Below, in pieces: positions 23,585 through 35,603 of a stretch of DNA of 64,000 nucleotides. A program made the position numbers and the translations under genes. Where the stretch lies: assembly GCA_002269645.1 (NCBI GenBank), contig NIVC01001521.1, positions 1 to 64,000 on the forward strand, in the 5' to 3' direction. The stretch is from Macrostomum lignano. Its lineage: Eukaryota. The notes under the pieces were generated by a model that worked only from the letters and a program-made list of their open reading frames with translations, did no database searches and had not been told where the DNA came from. How positions within the stretch are numbered: the stretch's first letter is position 1; every line of letters starts with the position of its first letter.

Positions 23585-24340
23585 AAAGTGGCGATAATCT
23601 CTATACTATAGTGGCGCCAATCTTTACATTATAGTGGCGCTAATCTTTATACAATAGTGGCGCCAATCTCTATAATATAGTGGCGCTAATCTTAATATTA
23701 TAGTGGCGCCAATCTTTAGGCTATAGTGGCGCTAATATTTAGACTATAGTGGTCTTAATCTTTTTACTATAGTGGCGCCAATCTCGCTACTAGTGGCGCT
23801 AATCTCGATAGTATAGTAATGATAATCTCTATACTATAATGGCGCCAATCTCTATACTATAGTGGCGCTAACCTCTATACTACAATGGCGCTAATCTTTA
23901 CACTATAGTGGCGCTAATCTTTATACTATAGTGGCGCCAATCTCGCTACTATAGTGGCGCCAATCTCGCTACTATAGTGGCGCCAATATCGCTACTAAAG
24001 TGGCGCTAATCTCTATACTATAGTGGCGCCAATCTTTACACTATTTTGGCGCTAATCTTTATATTATAGTGGCGCCAATCTAGCTAATAGTGGCACAAAT
24101 CTTAAGGCTATAGTGGCGCTAATCTCGCTACTTTAGTGGCGCCAATCTCGCTACTAAAGTGGCGCCAATCTCTATACTATAGTGGCGCCAATCTTTACAC
24201 TATAGTGGCGCTAATCTGGATACTAGTGATGAGAATCTCTATACTAAAGTGGCACCAATCTTCATAGTATATATAGCGAGGCTAATCTGGATGCAATATA
24301 ATGGCGCTAATCTCAATACTACAATGGGGCCAATCTTCAA
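23585..24340. repeat. 21-23-bp minisatellite (CTATAGTGGCGC(C/T)AATCTTTACA), EDRF1 intron 5
   Basis: Imperfect direct tandem repetition. Confidence 0.93.
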
Positions 24341-25732
24341 ACTGGACCAATTCGATACTGGTGCGAGGCCAACCCTGAAACTGAAAATCGAAGCTATGCT
24401 AGCCTGGAAATGAAAAGAATCAAGAGTAAATTAATAACTAGGCACTAGTTGCTTCAATCGGATCAATAAATTCCCATGCCCAACAGCCACATTTGGATTC
24501 TACTAAGTGGCTGAATAGGAAAAAGCCAAGTCGCTTTTATACCAGGCTTACATTATAGAAATAAAAATATTTACATACACAATCTCGCCACTTAAGAAGG
24601 CCGAGTGTGGCCATATTAGATTATTCTAGGTCCTTAGCCTTCCCTACATGTATACTAAAGCTGGGCCTCTAAAAATCCCAGGGTCGGACCCAAAGTGTAC
24701 AGAGGGGCGTATATATGGAGGATGGGCAGTAAGGGGGGGGGAGAGGCAGGGCTGCACCCTAATCAGGTTTGCATACTTATCCGCTACTCTATTTTTGATC
24801 CTTCCCACTCACCCTCTATCGGAGCGAGAAAATCTTTCCCTATCCCCTAGGGGGCCAAGTTTTCAGCTTATTTCTTTGACTAACAAAAAATATATTCTAC
24901 TTTTTTCTGGCTATTTATATATCTGATCGGCCAGGCCTAGAGGAGGGATCAAAGAGAACTTAATACGCTATAAATTCTATTGACGCGCATAGAGGGACAA
25001 AATGGGCACTGGAGAGGCGGGGAAAGAGTGGTCAGGGTCTGAAAAAGCCTGGAGATTTAGGGAAAAAATTCTAAAACTGGCTGTCTGCAGGCTTGGCCGA
25101 AGATTGTGAAGGAAATAGAAGCCAGGAATTCAGGGAATACAAGAGGAAAAACGAAGGTAGGTAGTCACAAAAACCACATACGGTAGAGCGAGTTGAGCGG
25201 TGGAGGATGAATTTGCTAGCGACAAGAGAGGCGCCTTAAGTCCAGGCCCGCAGTTCCTTTCATTCACATACACAGGCAGGCACAAAGAGAGACGGAGGAG
25301 ATGGATTGAGGGAGGAAAGGAGGAAGCCGGGAATTCCTGAGTCTCCCTCCGCACCGACAGTCGGATTGGGCTGCTGTGCCCGGGCGGCTTCGAGGGCGGA
25401 GAAGGAGAGGCTCAGCGAATAGGTGGCGGAAACGGGACTGCAAGTTCTATCCTCCCCCCCCCCCCCTAACCGACCTTCCCCCTCCAGTACCGCCGCGGGA
25501 TTAAGTTTGCGCAGCAATATACAAAATACAATATACATGCATAGCATAGATCCCAGTTGAGCTTCCTGGACAAGATAAAAAAGGTAGCTTGACATACTGG
25601 CTATATATTGGTTGCTACTGTCAAAAGTCTTTTTAAGATGGTCGGCTGAGACTGCAACCGGCTTATTTGAGAGATTTAAAGAAGTTGACAACACAGAATC
25701 AAGTTGAGAAGCCTCGATCTCCAATTGTACTC

Positions 25733-28700
25733 ATGTGGCAAAGAAACAAAGTCATGCAGCGACTTCTTCTGGTATTGATAGTCATAGGCTTGAGCACAGT
25801 TGATCACTTGCCGATGCAACCGACCATGGCATATTCCATAACGGAGGTGGCTTCCATCTATTCGGCGAGTGGATCAGACGATCGAATTAAGGAGAGCACC
25901 AAGGATGGCACAATGTACGGCGACGTGTACAACTGGGCAGACATGATACAGAATTACATTCAACAGGTGGCGGCCGACGGCATTCAACGGGACCAGACTC
26001 AGATGCTATTCGACCAAGCCGAATATCTTTATGAGAAAAAGAACGGCACTAATGTGACGATGCAGGTTAAGCAGGAGCTGAGCGCTTATTTTCGCAAGAA
26101 GAAAGCAACGGCGCACAGAATTGCCGAGGCAGCGGCTGAGGCCTACAACAGACACTACCGACAAGTTAGAAGCGGCCAAAGGAAAATTGCAGCAAGCCTG
26201 AGCGACCTCAGTGTTGATATCTATCGAGACTCGGACATTCCGCATCGACTGGCAAATTCAGGCATGACTCTGGTGCCATTCTTTCGGCAGCACATCACGT
26301 ACAATTTCTCCACTATTAAAATACCAGACGATGTGCCGCGTGACCTAAATGAGACTATCTTTACGGTCGAGTGGACCTACGAGCTGGAGAGAATTTTCAA
26401 TGAGACTTATCAGAATGATAGCAGCATTCGGTGGCTGTACTTTGGATCAAGCACCGGAGTTACCAGATTGTATCCAGGCCGGGAATGGAGTTCTAATTTT
26501 GTAGGCTTTTATACAGACTACGATCCTCGAATACGGCCGTGGTACATTGCTGCTACAAGCGGACCAAAGGATGTGGTGATAATAATAGACTGCAGTGCCA
26601 GCATGGAAGGTGAGAAATTCGGTATAGCCAGATCAGTTGCCAAGGCGGTGATCCGAACTCTCACCAAACAGGATTACATGAATGTTGTCTGCGCAAGAGC
26701 TAGCCATTGGGACGAGGTTGGCAAGTGGCACTACTTCAAATCCGAGGTACTCAGCTGCCAGGAGACAAAAATGGTTCCCGCTACTATTGAATTCAGAAAA
26801 GACCTCATGGAGAAGATTGACGGGTTAAAACCGGGCGGTACTAGCGAACTCGAGCACGGCTTCCAGATGGGCTTTGAATTGTTGAACTCGCAGCCGAGAA
26901 CAGGCTGTCTGTCAATCTTAGTGTTCATCACCGATGGCAAGGATACGGACGGAGAGACAGTGCGCTGCGGTCCGGGCTATTACACGCGGTCTGGCTACGT
27001 GCCAGGCCCAGTGTGCAAGTACAATTGGACGAAGGTCTGGTCAGTAGTAAACGCCACAAACGCTGACAGCTGGCCGCCTGCTAGAATTTTCAGCTATTTA
27101 ATTAAAGACGACGGGCAGATGTTTCCCGGGGCGCTAGCCTGCAATCACAGCGGCAGCCTCAGAAAGCTGGAGGACGGCGAGAATCTCATTTCGCGCATGG
27201 ACAACTATTTCGACTTCTTGGCCAGGGTGGCGCAAAACTCAAAGGGCCTGTGGACGTCGCCATACATTGACGCGTTTGGCTTGGGCACTATGGTCACCCA
27301 CGCGGTCCCAGTAATTAGCACGATCGATACTGGCAAGCCCAGAACTATCGGAGTTGTTGGCGTGGACGCCACTCTAGAGGAAATTGAAACTTATGTGACA
27401 CGGCGGCAGTGGGGCTCAGTGACGTCCTTTCTAATCGATAAGGAAGGCCAGACGATATACCATCCGTTATTGAAGGGTAGTGCCAGTTTAAAGGATGACC
27501 CGATATTTATACACATCCAGCGAATGGAGCAAAATAAAAAGAGTATACCGAAAGAATTCAACAAGGTCACACAGAAAATGATAAATGGAGAGACCGGAAT
27601 GATTGCTATTGAGAATGGTAGGCGAGGAATCTCAAAGGGCGATTACAGAGCCGGTGTCAAATACGAAACCATGCCTCTGGAATATTACTTCACTAATATA
27701 GAGGACTCCGAATATTCCGTTGCATTCGTCCTCTCTAAAACCGACAAAGTCTACCGTAAGTTAATTGAGCCAAAAATAGAATTCGAAGAACTTGTGCCGC
27801 GAAATCGCAGCTATTTCAATTTGCTAATTGAATATAACAGCAGCACAGTGCTGAAACACTACCCGGATGTCTTCAAATATTTGAACGTAAAGTACAATAT
27901 GTCGAAGAAGTTTCAAAAGCTTCGAATCACCGAGCTACATTCCAGTATATTTTTTGCGCCAAAGTGCTACTGCGAGCCACTTCGCTACTTATTCGATGAT
28001 GATCTAGCCAGAAAAACGTTGGACGCACACGAGTACATGAACACGGGAAAGCCGGACACTGGGTGCCACAGTCCGGATAGCAAAACCACCGACCAAGCCA
28101 TATTCGAAGCCGGCTCAAGAGCCTACGTGCTGGTCACGCAGCCAATTGAAGAGCGGTGGCGAGAGCGCAAGTTTAGCTGGATTGACGAGGTAATCTGGAC
28201 CTACGTTGGCATGCGCAGCGGCGTGTTCCGCACTTATCCCGGGCACCGCTCGGTAAGACCATATGACCCAACGAAACGGCCCTGGTACAGTCGGACAAAG
28301 AGTTCGCCAACAAAGACTTCAATATCGACGCCCTATTATGATTCGGCAGGCAGCGGCAAGATTATCACTATTTCGCAGGCTGTATTTGAAGGCATGGACA
28401 ATAAAACAGATGGATGCAACGTTACAGGTAAAACAAAGAAGCCCGGAGGCTGTCCCTGCGAGGAAGGCGACGAGTGCACCAGCGGCTACTGCTACATCAG
28501 CGCGGCAAAAGCCACCACTAAAGAGATTCAACAGGGCAAACGTTGCGCTACAGAGCGAATAGAAGCGATTACTAGCCTGGACTTGGGCTACAATAACTTT
28601 CACCGCAAAGTCTACAATTTGATGCAAGCCTCGGACGGTGTTAAGTCTTGCAATGCCGAGCACAAATGCCCAGATGGCTCGCCGAACTGTAAAACGGTAT

Positions 28701-29479
28701 GCTACGTGTTTGACAATCGGGCCAACGTCATTATGGCCGCAGATTTTATTGAAGCCACCGATCTAGACGAAGGTCGTTACAAAGGCGTAACGCTGGGACA
28801 AAAGGAAGGCGAGGTGATGATGAATCTGGTCTTCCGTCAGAAACTATTCCAGCGAGATGAATCGGTTGATTTTCAAGGCACGTGCAGTTTCACAGCCGGC
28901 GCGCCCAGGGTGACAATGAACGGCATCCCTACTACTCCGGAAGAGAGCGACAATCTATACAAAACCAGAGGCCCAATTCCTGGCTTCTCAAACTCGTACG
29001 GCTGCATTCAGGATGTGATCTCATTCGAGGTAAACGAAACAGCTCTGGGCAGAAGTCGGATGCTGGTTGGAAACGTATCCGGGCCCTGCATGCAAGGCTT
29101 CTATTATGTCACTTCGCTGAAGGACACCAATCTATTTTTACTAGTGATAGAGAACTGGAGAGATCGCAGCAAGACTCCGTTTAATTTTAACTGCCTACTA
29201 ACCCGCAAACTGGTGGCCTCGGGCGCTTCAAGAATTATTAATGGAACTTGCGCCCACGATCAGAGCGGCGAAGTTAGCGACACTGGCGGTGCAAGCGGCG
29301 GCAGCGGTGGCGCTTCCAGCTCCAGCGACAATGGCCTGGACGCTGACAGAAACTGTCCAGCATTGAACAATGTGACTATTCCTTGCGATTTTAACAGGGC
29401 CAACGTATTACAGATGGAACAGGTAATAAAGCTGTTATTAGGCTGGATAATCCTTGTGACTGTGCATCTGACTCTGTGA
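25733..29479 (+). CDS. alpha2delta/CACHD-family VWA + Cache domain protein (intronless, ~1248 aa)
   Basis: Signal-like LLLVLIVIGL; RWLYFGSSTG..RLYPG; YDPRIRPWYIAATSGPKDVVIIIDCSASM (VWA with DxSxS MIDAS); second YDPTKRPWY; short hydrophobic C-terminus consistent with GPI anchoring as in alpha2delta. Start is 25733 or 25754; the ORF track start at 25667 is not an ATG. Confidence 0.92.
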   Translation: MWQRNKVMQRLLLVLIVIGLSTVDHLPMQPTMAYSITEVASIYSASGSDDRIKESTKDGTMYGDVYNWADMIQNYIQQVAADGIQRDQTQMLFDQAEYLYEKKNGTNVTMQVKQELSAYFRKKKATAHRIAEAAAEAYNRHYRQVRSGQRKIAASLSDLSVDIYRDSDIPHRLANSGMTLVPFFRQHITYNFSTIKIPDDVPRDLNETIFTVEWTYELERIFNETYQNDSSIRWLYFGSSTGVTRLYPGREWSSNFVGFYTDYDPRIRPWYIAATSGPKDVVIIIDCSASMEGEKFGIARSVAKAVIRTLTKQDYMNVVCARASHWDEVGKWHYFKSEVLSCQETKMVPATIEFRKDLMEKIDGLKPGGTSELEHGFQMGFELLNSQPRTGCLSILVFITDGKDTDGETVRCGPGYYTRSGYVPGPVCKYNWTKVWSVVNATNADSWPPARIFSYLIKDDGQMFPGALACNHSGSLRKLEDGENLISRMDNYFDFLARVAQNSKGLWTSPYIDAFGLGTMVTHAVPVISTIDTGKPRTIGVVGVDATLEEIETYVTRRQWGSVTSFLIDKEGQTIYHPLLKGSASLKDDPIFIHIQRMEQNKKSIPKEFNKVTQKMINGETGMIAIENGRRGISKGDYRAGVKYETMPLEYYFTNIEDSEYSVAFVLSKTDKVYRKLIEPKIEFEELVPRNRSYFNLLIEYNSSTVLKHYPDVFKYLNVKYNMSKKFQKLRITELHSSIFFAPKCYCEPLRYLFDDDLARKTLDAHEYMNTGKPDTGCHSPDSKTTDQAIFEAGSRAYVLVTQPIEERWRERKFSWIDEVIWTYVGMRSGVFRTYPGHRSVRPYDPTKRPWYSRTKSSPTKTSISTPYYDSAGSGKIITISQAVFEGMDNKTDGCNVTGKTKKPGGCPCEEGDECTSGYCYISAAKATTKEIQQGKRCATERIEAITSLDLGYNNFHRKVYNLMQASDGVKSCNAEHKCPDGSPNCKTVCYVFDNRANVIMAADFIEATDLDEGRYKGVTLGQKEGEVMMNLVFRQKLFQRDESVDFQGTCSFTAGAPRVTMNGIPTTPEESDNLYKTRGPIPGFSNSYGCIQDVISFEVNETALGRSRMLVGNVSGPCMQGFYYVTSLKDTNLFLLVIENWRDRSKTPFNFNCLLTRKLVASGASRIINGTCAHDQSGEVSDTGGASGGSGGASSSSDNGLDADRNCPALNNVTIPCDFNRANVLQMEQVIKLLLGWIILVTVHLTL

Positions 29480-30134
29480 CACTTTAGAGTTGTATTTTCT
29501 TTTCCCGTTCTAATTTATGATGCTCTTTCAGTAAGTAGTAGGATAAACAAGATAAGTATGAAGTAATATACGACTATTTCGATTTATTTCTGCAGCCATA
29601 AACCAAATGCTTTATTAACAACTATTGTAGCACTACACCTCATGTGACCCTATAAACACAGTACGCATGCTCATACAGTGTATGTGCGCTAAAAGTCCTA
29701 TGAATGAATGCAAACCCAAGTACTTAGAGTTCAATCAAACTTGGCGTCTCATATGCCGCGGTCAGGACAAACTCATCAATCATCGATTCTAGCCGTGTAC
29801 AGGAATTCACTGCCTCATTAATGCGCTTAAATGCACCTTTTAATAAATTAGAACCCTAAAAAGACTCCGCCGCCTCATTGATTTAAATGAAATACATTAG
29901 CTGTTGTTTTTTCGTCAGTAAAACTCTTTTCCTGGAACTTGAGAAAGAAAAATTTGATCTTAAAATAACGATTTTTAGCCTTCGTGTTTATATAAGATTT
30001 TCCTGTTCGTAGCACTCAGCAAAGCAATTTTCAAGCTTCAATTAAGAAAGTTTAAGGATTTTCTATTAACACAAGATTTGATAGTAGATTTCAGCAGAAT
30101 ATTTTCTTGTTTTATTCGATAATTTTTAAGGAGC

Positions 30135-31270
30135 TACAGAGGGGGCGCCATCTACAGAGGGGGCGCCATCTACAGAGGGGACGCCAGCTACAGTACAGAG
30201 GAAGCGCCAGCTACAGTACAGAGAGGGCGCCAGCTACCGAGGGGGCGCCATCTACAGACGGACGCCAGCTACAGTACAGAGGAAGCACCAGCTACAGTAC
30301 AGAGGAAGCGCCAGCTACAGTACAGAGGAGGCGCCATCTACAGAGGGGGCGCCAGCTACAGAGGGGGCGTCAGCTACAGAGGAGGCGCCATCTACAGAGG
30401 GGGCGCCAGCTACAGAGGGGGCGCCAGCTACAGGGGGGCATCAGCTACAGAGGGGCGCCAGATAACGAAAGGGGCGTCAGCTACAGAGAAAGGCGCCAGC
30501 TACAGAGAAAGGCGCCAGCTACAGAGGGGGCGCCAGCTACAGGGGGCATCAGCTACAGAGGGGCGCCAGATAACGAAAGGGGCGTCAGCTACAGAGAAAG
30601 GCGCCAGCTACAAAGGGGTCGCCAGATACAGAGGGGGCGCCAGATACAGAAGGGGGGGCAGTAACAGAATGGGGCGTCAGCTACAGTGGGGTCGCCAGAT
30701 ACAGAAGGGGCGCAAGCTACAGAGGGGGCGCCAGCTTCAGAGGGGACGCGATCTACAGAGGGGGCGCCATCTACAGAGAGGGCGCAAACTACAGAGGGGG
30801 CGCCAGCTTCAGAGAGGCTGCTATCTACAGAGGGGGTGCCAGCTACAGAGGGGGCGCAAACTACAGAGGGGGCGCAAACTACAGAGGAGGCGCCAGCTAC
30901 AGAGGAGGCGCCAGCTACAGAGGGGCGCCAGCTACAGAGGGGCGCCAGCTACAGAGGGGCGCCAGCTACAGAGGGGCGCCAGCTACAGAGGGGGCGCAAA
31001 CTACAGAGGGGGCGCCAGCTACAGAGGGGGCACCAGCTACAGAGGGGCGCCAGCTACAGAGGGGCGCCAGCTACAGAGGGGCGCCAGCTACAGAGGGGGC
31101 GCAAACTACAGAGGGGGCGCCAGCTACAGAGGAGGCGCCAGCTACAGAGGAGCGTCAGCTACAGAGAGGGCGCCATCTACAGAGGGGCTGCTATCTACAG
31201 AGAGGGCGCCATCTACAGAGGGGCTGCTATCTACAGAGGAGCGCCAGCTACAGAGAGGGTGCCATCTAGA
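30135..31270. repeat. 17-18-bp GC-rich minisatellite (CTACAGAGGGGGCGCCAG), EDRF1 intron 5
   Basis: Direct tandem repetition; explains ORFs 30107-31393. Confidence 0.95.
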
Positions 31271-31444
31271 AGAGCTAATCCAAGGCACCCTCATTCTTTG
31301 AGCCAGAATGACAGAAAAATAGGACTAATTTTTGCTAATAAGTTTGCACGGGGGGCATTAAAGCACAGTCCAATATTTGCTACTATGAAGTAGTACAAAC
31401 TGAAATTTATTGTTAAGAAAGGCGCACAAGAAACGCATGCATAC

Positions 31445-31825
31445 CTCAGCTTCGCTGAATCCTTCAACCGTAGCGGTGGTCAGGGCTTCAATTTTATCAA
31501 CCAGAGCCATCAGCCTCTGCCATGCTAAATTGTCCCACAGCGCAGATGCACTGCCGCTGGGGTCAGACTGGCTGCTATCATCCAATTGATTCCTTGGCCC
31601 AAGCCGGTCCAGAGCAGCCTGGTAGGTCTGCATAGCGGCATCGTGAAGCTGGATTTCAGCCCAGCTGACTGTTGGCGGCGCCTGCTGTTGCTGCTGTTTT
31701 TGCCGACTGTGCAGCCGCCTTGGTCGGCTGTGCCGGCACTCGTTTAGAGCTCGGAGGAGCAGCGCTTTAGTTGCTAACAGGTAGACAGCGTCCTTTGTTG
31801 CGCGGCTGCTTGGCTGTTGTTGCAC
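31445..31825 (-). CDS. EDRF1: EDRF1-like gene, exon 5 (381 nt)
   Basis: catcag|GTG...GAG|gtatgc, phase 0/0, open frame. Confidence 0.75.
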
Positions 31826-31882
31826 CTGATGGTTTTTAAATTCATTAAACTCCAGGATGGGTCCGCCCTATTAGTAATAATA

Positions 31883-33405
31883 GATCTACTCTAAATCTAA
31901 TCTAGTAGTAGATCTACTCTAAATCTAATCTAGTAGTAGATCTACTCTAAATCTAATCTAGTAGTAGATCTACTCTAAATCTAATCTAGTAGTAAATCTA
32001 CTCTAAATCTAATCTAGTAGTAGATCTACTCTAAATCTAATCTAGTAGTAGATCTACTCTAAATCTAATCTAGTAGTAGATCTACTCTAAATCTAATCTA
32101 GTAGTAGATCTACTCTAAATCTAATCTAGTAGTAGATCTACTCTAAATCTAATCTAGTAATAGATCTACTCTAAATCTAATCTAGTAGTAGATCTACTCT
32201 AAATCTAATCTAGTAATAGATCTACTCTAAATCTAATCTAGTAGTAGATCTACTCTAAATCTAATCTAGTAATAGATCTACTCTAAATCTAATCTAGTAG
32301 TAGATCTACTCTAAATCTAATCTAGTAGCAGATCTACTCTAAATCTAATCTAGTAGTAGATCTACTCTAAATCTAATCTAGTAGTAGATCTACTCTAAAT
32401 CTAATCTGGTAGTAAATCTACTCTAAATCTAATCTAGTAGCAGATCTACTCTAAATCTAATCTAGTAGTAGATCTACTCTAAATCTAATCTAGTAGTAGA
32501 TCTACTCTAAATCTAATCTGGTAGTAAATCTACTCTAAATCTAATCTAGTAGCAGATCTACTCTAAATCTAATCTAGTAGTAGATCTACTCTAAATCTAA
32601 TCTAGTAGTAGATCTACTCTAAATCTAATCTAGTAATAGATCTACTCTAAATCTAATCTAGTAGTAGATCTACTCTAAATCTAATCTAGTAGCAGATCTA
32701 CTCTAAATCTAATCTAGTAGTAGATCTACTCTAAATCTAATCTAGTAGTAGATCTACTCTAAATCTAATCTGGTAGTAAATCTACTCTAAATCTAATCTA
32801 GTAGTAGATCTACTCTAAATCTAATCTAGTAGCAGATCTACTCTAAATCTAATCTAGTAGTAGATCTACTCTAAATCTAATCTGGTAGTAAATCTACTCT
32901 AAATCTAATCTAGTAGTAGATCTACTCTAAATCTAATCTAGTAATAGATCTACTCTAAATCTAATCTGGTAGTAAATCTACTCTAAATCTAATCTAGTAG
33001 CAGATCTACTCTAAATCTAATCTAGTAGTAGATCTACTCTAAATCTAATATAGTAATAGATCTACTCTAAATCTAATCTAGTAGTAGATCTACTCTAAAT
33101 CTAATCTAGTAGTAAATCTACTCTAAATCTAATCTAACAATAGATCTACTTTAAATCTAATCTAGTAGTATATCTACTCTAAATCAAATGAAGTGGATCT
33201 AATCTAAATCTAATAAATTAGATCTCCTCTAAATCTAGTCTTGAAGATCTACTCTAAATCTAATGTAAAAGTAGATCTTCCCAAAATCCAATCAATAAGA
33301 TCTACTCTACATCTAATCTAGCAGTAGATCTACTACTCTAAATCTAATTTTGTAGATCTACTCTAAGTCTAATCTAGCAGTAGATCTTCTACTATTCTAA
33401 ATCTA
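31883..33405. repeat. 28-bp AT-rich satellite (AGATCTACTCTAAATCTAATCTAGTAGT), roughly 50 copies, filling EDRF1 intron 4
   Basis: Highly homogeneous tandem array with a degenerate right tail; each junction contains the palindrome GTAGATCTAC. Confidence 0.97.
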
Positions 33406-33427
33406 ATCAAACAGATACAACGCTTAC

Positions 33428-33946
33428 CTGTTTCACAGCGTCCAACGCAGATTCTAATCGTTTCTCCATCTTCTTCCACACTTCATCATCACCAGTCGCA
33501 TTGTCAGCCTCAGCCTGCGCCATGCCATGCTTCACCTCAACCAGAATTCTCAGGCACCACTCGTTAACAGCCGAGGCCAGGCGGTCCCTCAGCTGCAGAA
33601 GCCGTTTCTGCAGCTTGCACCGATCGCAGAGCAGGCGGTACAGACTGACCAGCTGGCTGAGGCAGTCAGCACTGGCGGCTCCTTGAATAGCCAACCAGCT
33701 GGTCAGGGTTGAGTGCGCACGAATCGCTATAGAATTTGATGCAGAATCTGTCAGGTACACCAACAGCCGTTCGTTTAGTAATTTATCAGCTTCGTTGAGA
33801 ACCTCCGATAGACTGCCAGCTGCAGAGCTCGATGCCACGGCTGCGGTGGAGTGCTGATGCTGCTGATGCGGCTCGGAATTATGGCTGCTGGAGCTGTCCT
33901 GAGACCGGTATACCTGCATCATGGCGTCCGCTGAGCGTTCCGCGAT
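33428..33946 (-). CDS. EDRF1: EDRF1-like gene, exon 4 (519 nt)
   Basis: aatcag|ATC...CAG|gtaagc, phase 0/0, open frame. Confidence 0.75.
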
Positions 33947-34072
33947 CTGATTGGTTAAAAATTATCATAATTTATGATTATTATTTGCGATTTATTAAGG
34001 CTCTCCGTTAAATCTGGGTGAAATCAATAAAGCGTAGAAGCCTCAATATATCGAAAGTACAAGGAACTCCGA

Positions 34073-34480
34073 CCAACTAATCAGTGATAAAGCTACCAGA
34101 ACCCTCACCAACCAATCAGTGATGAAGCTACCAGAACCCTCACCAACCAATCAGTGATGAAGCTACCAGAACCCTCACCAATCAATCAGTGATGAAGCTA
34201 CCAGAACCCTCACCAACCAATCAGTGATGAAGCTACCAGAACCCTCACCAACCAATCAGTGATGAAGCTACCAGAACCCTCACCAACCAATCAGTGATGA
34301 AGCTACCAGAACCCTCACCAATCAATCAGTGATGAAGCTACCAGAACCCTCACCAACCAATCAGTGATAAAGCTACCAGAACCCTCGCCAACCAATCAGT
34401 GATAAAGCTACCAGAATCCTCACCAACTAATCAGTGATGAAGCTACCAGAACCCTCACCAACCAATCAGTGATGAAGCTA
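34073..34480. repeat. 35-bp minisatellite (ACCAACCAATCAGTGATGAAGCTACCAGAACCCTC), ~11 copies, EDRF1 intron 3
   Basis: Direct tandem repetition. Confidence 0.97.
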
Positions 34481-34501
34481 TGAATACCTGTAGTCACTCA
34501 C

Positions 34502-34904
34502 CTGCAGTTCCAAACTAGCCAATTCCTGTCTCGCCGAAGCCTGTACAGATTGCTGCTGCACCAAAGCAATACCCACAGAAGCGGCAGCCACTCGTAAGCA
34601 AGTCAGCAGCAATTGATTCCGGTTTAAAATCCCACTCAAAGCTTCCTCACATTCCTTCTGATCTTCTGTCTTATCGCTGGAGTCCCTATCGGAGACTTCG
34701 CCAGTAAGATGATCAGCTACCTGCAGACAGGACTTGGCAACAACGCACAGGGCGGTCGCCAACTCTCCCAGTGAACCGCCGGCAGTCACCGACAGTGCCG
34801 AGGAAACCGCGGCTGTCGTTGTGGACGGCGGAGGCAGAGGAATCGCCACGCCAGACTTGGCCATCGGGATGGCGTCCAGGTCTGACATGACCTGGCTGGA
34901 TTGG
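34502..34904 (-). CDS. EDRF1: EDRF1-like gene, exon 3 (403 nt)
   Basis: atgcag|C...CAG|gtgagt, phase 2/0, consistent with exon 2. An alternative in-frame acceptor lies 9 nt downstream. Confidence 0.72.
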
Positions 34905-34989
34905 CTGCATGGTTGGAATGTGAAATTTGGATTTTATAAATGAAAACTGAGAGCTTTCATTTGTCTGCTGCCCTGCACCCGTGTCATAA

Positions 34990-35047
34990 TGTCTGTCTGT
35001 CTGTTTGTCTGTCTCTCTGTCTGTCTGTCTGCCTGCCTGTATGTCTG

Positions 35048-35118
<71 letters not shown>

Positions 35119-35183
35119 TAGTGTCTGTCTGTCTATCTGTCTCTGTGCTTGTCTGTCTATCTATCTCTCTGCCTGTCTGTCTG

Positions 35184-35238
<55 letters not shown>

Positions 35239-35255
35239 CTCTGCCTGTCTGTCTG

Positions 35256-35294
<39 letters not shown>

Positions 35295-35451
35295 CTCTGC
35301 CTGTCTGTCTGCTTGTCTGTCTGTCTGTCTGTCTGTGTCTGTCTGTCTGTCTGTCTGTCTGTGTGTGTCTGTCTGTCTGCCTGTCTGTGTGTGTGTGTCT
35401 GTCTGTCTGTCTGTCTGTGTGTGTCTGTCTGTCTGCCTGTCTCACTGTCTA

Positions 35452-35490
<39 letters not shown>
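34990..35490. repeat. (TCTG)n microsatellite, EDRF1 intron 2
   Basis: Direct observation. Confidence 0.97.
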
Positions 35491-35492
<2 letters not shown>

Positions 35493-35603
35493 TGATCGCT
35501 ACGTGACAGCCTACAAAATAACCTTGCCTAAGTGTTTGTTCCAGCGCCTGTCTGCCACAGCATATCAATGCCTGTCACATTGGCATTCAGACTGTCAACT
35601 CAC

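Noticed and set aside
30107-31393. Collagen- or RGG-like repetitive ORFs
   Set aside because: They are translations of the 17-18-bp minisatellite, with frequent unit-length frameshifts.
31883-34480. CRISPR-like arrays (28-bp and 35-bp repeats)
   Set aside because: Units are head-to-tail with no unique spacers, lie in eukaryotic introns, and no cas genes are present.
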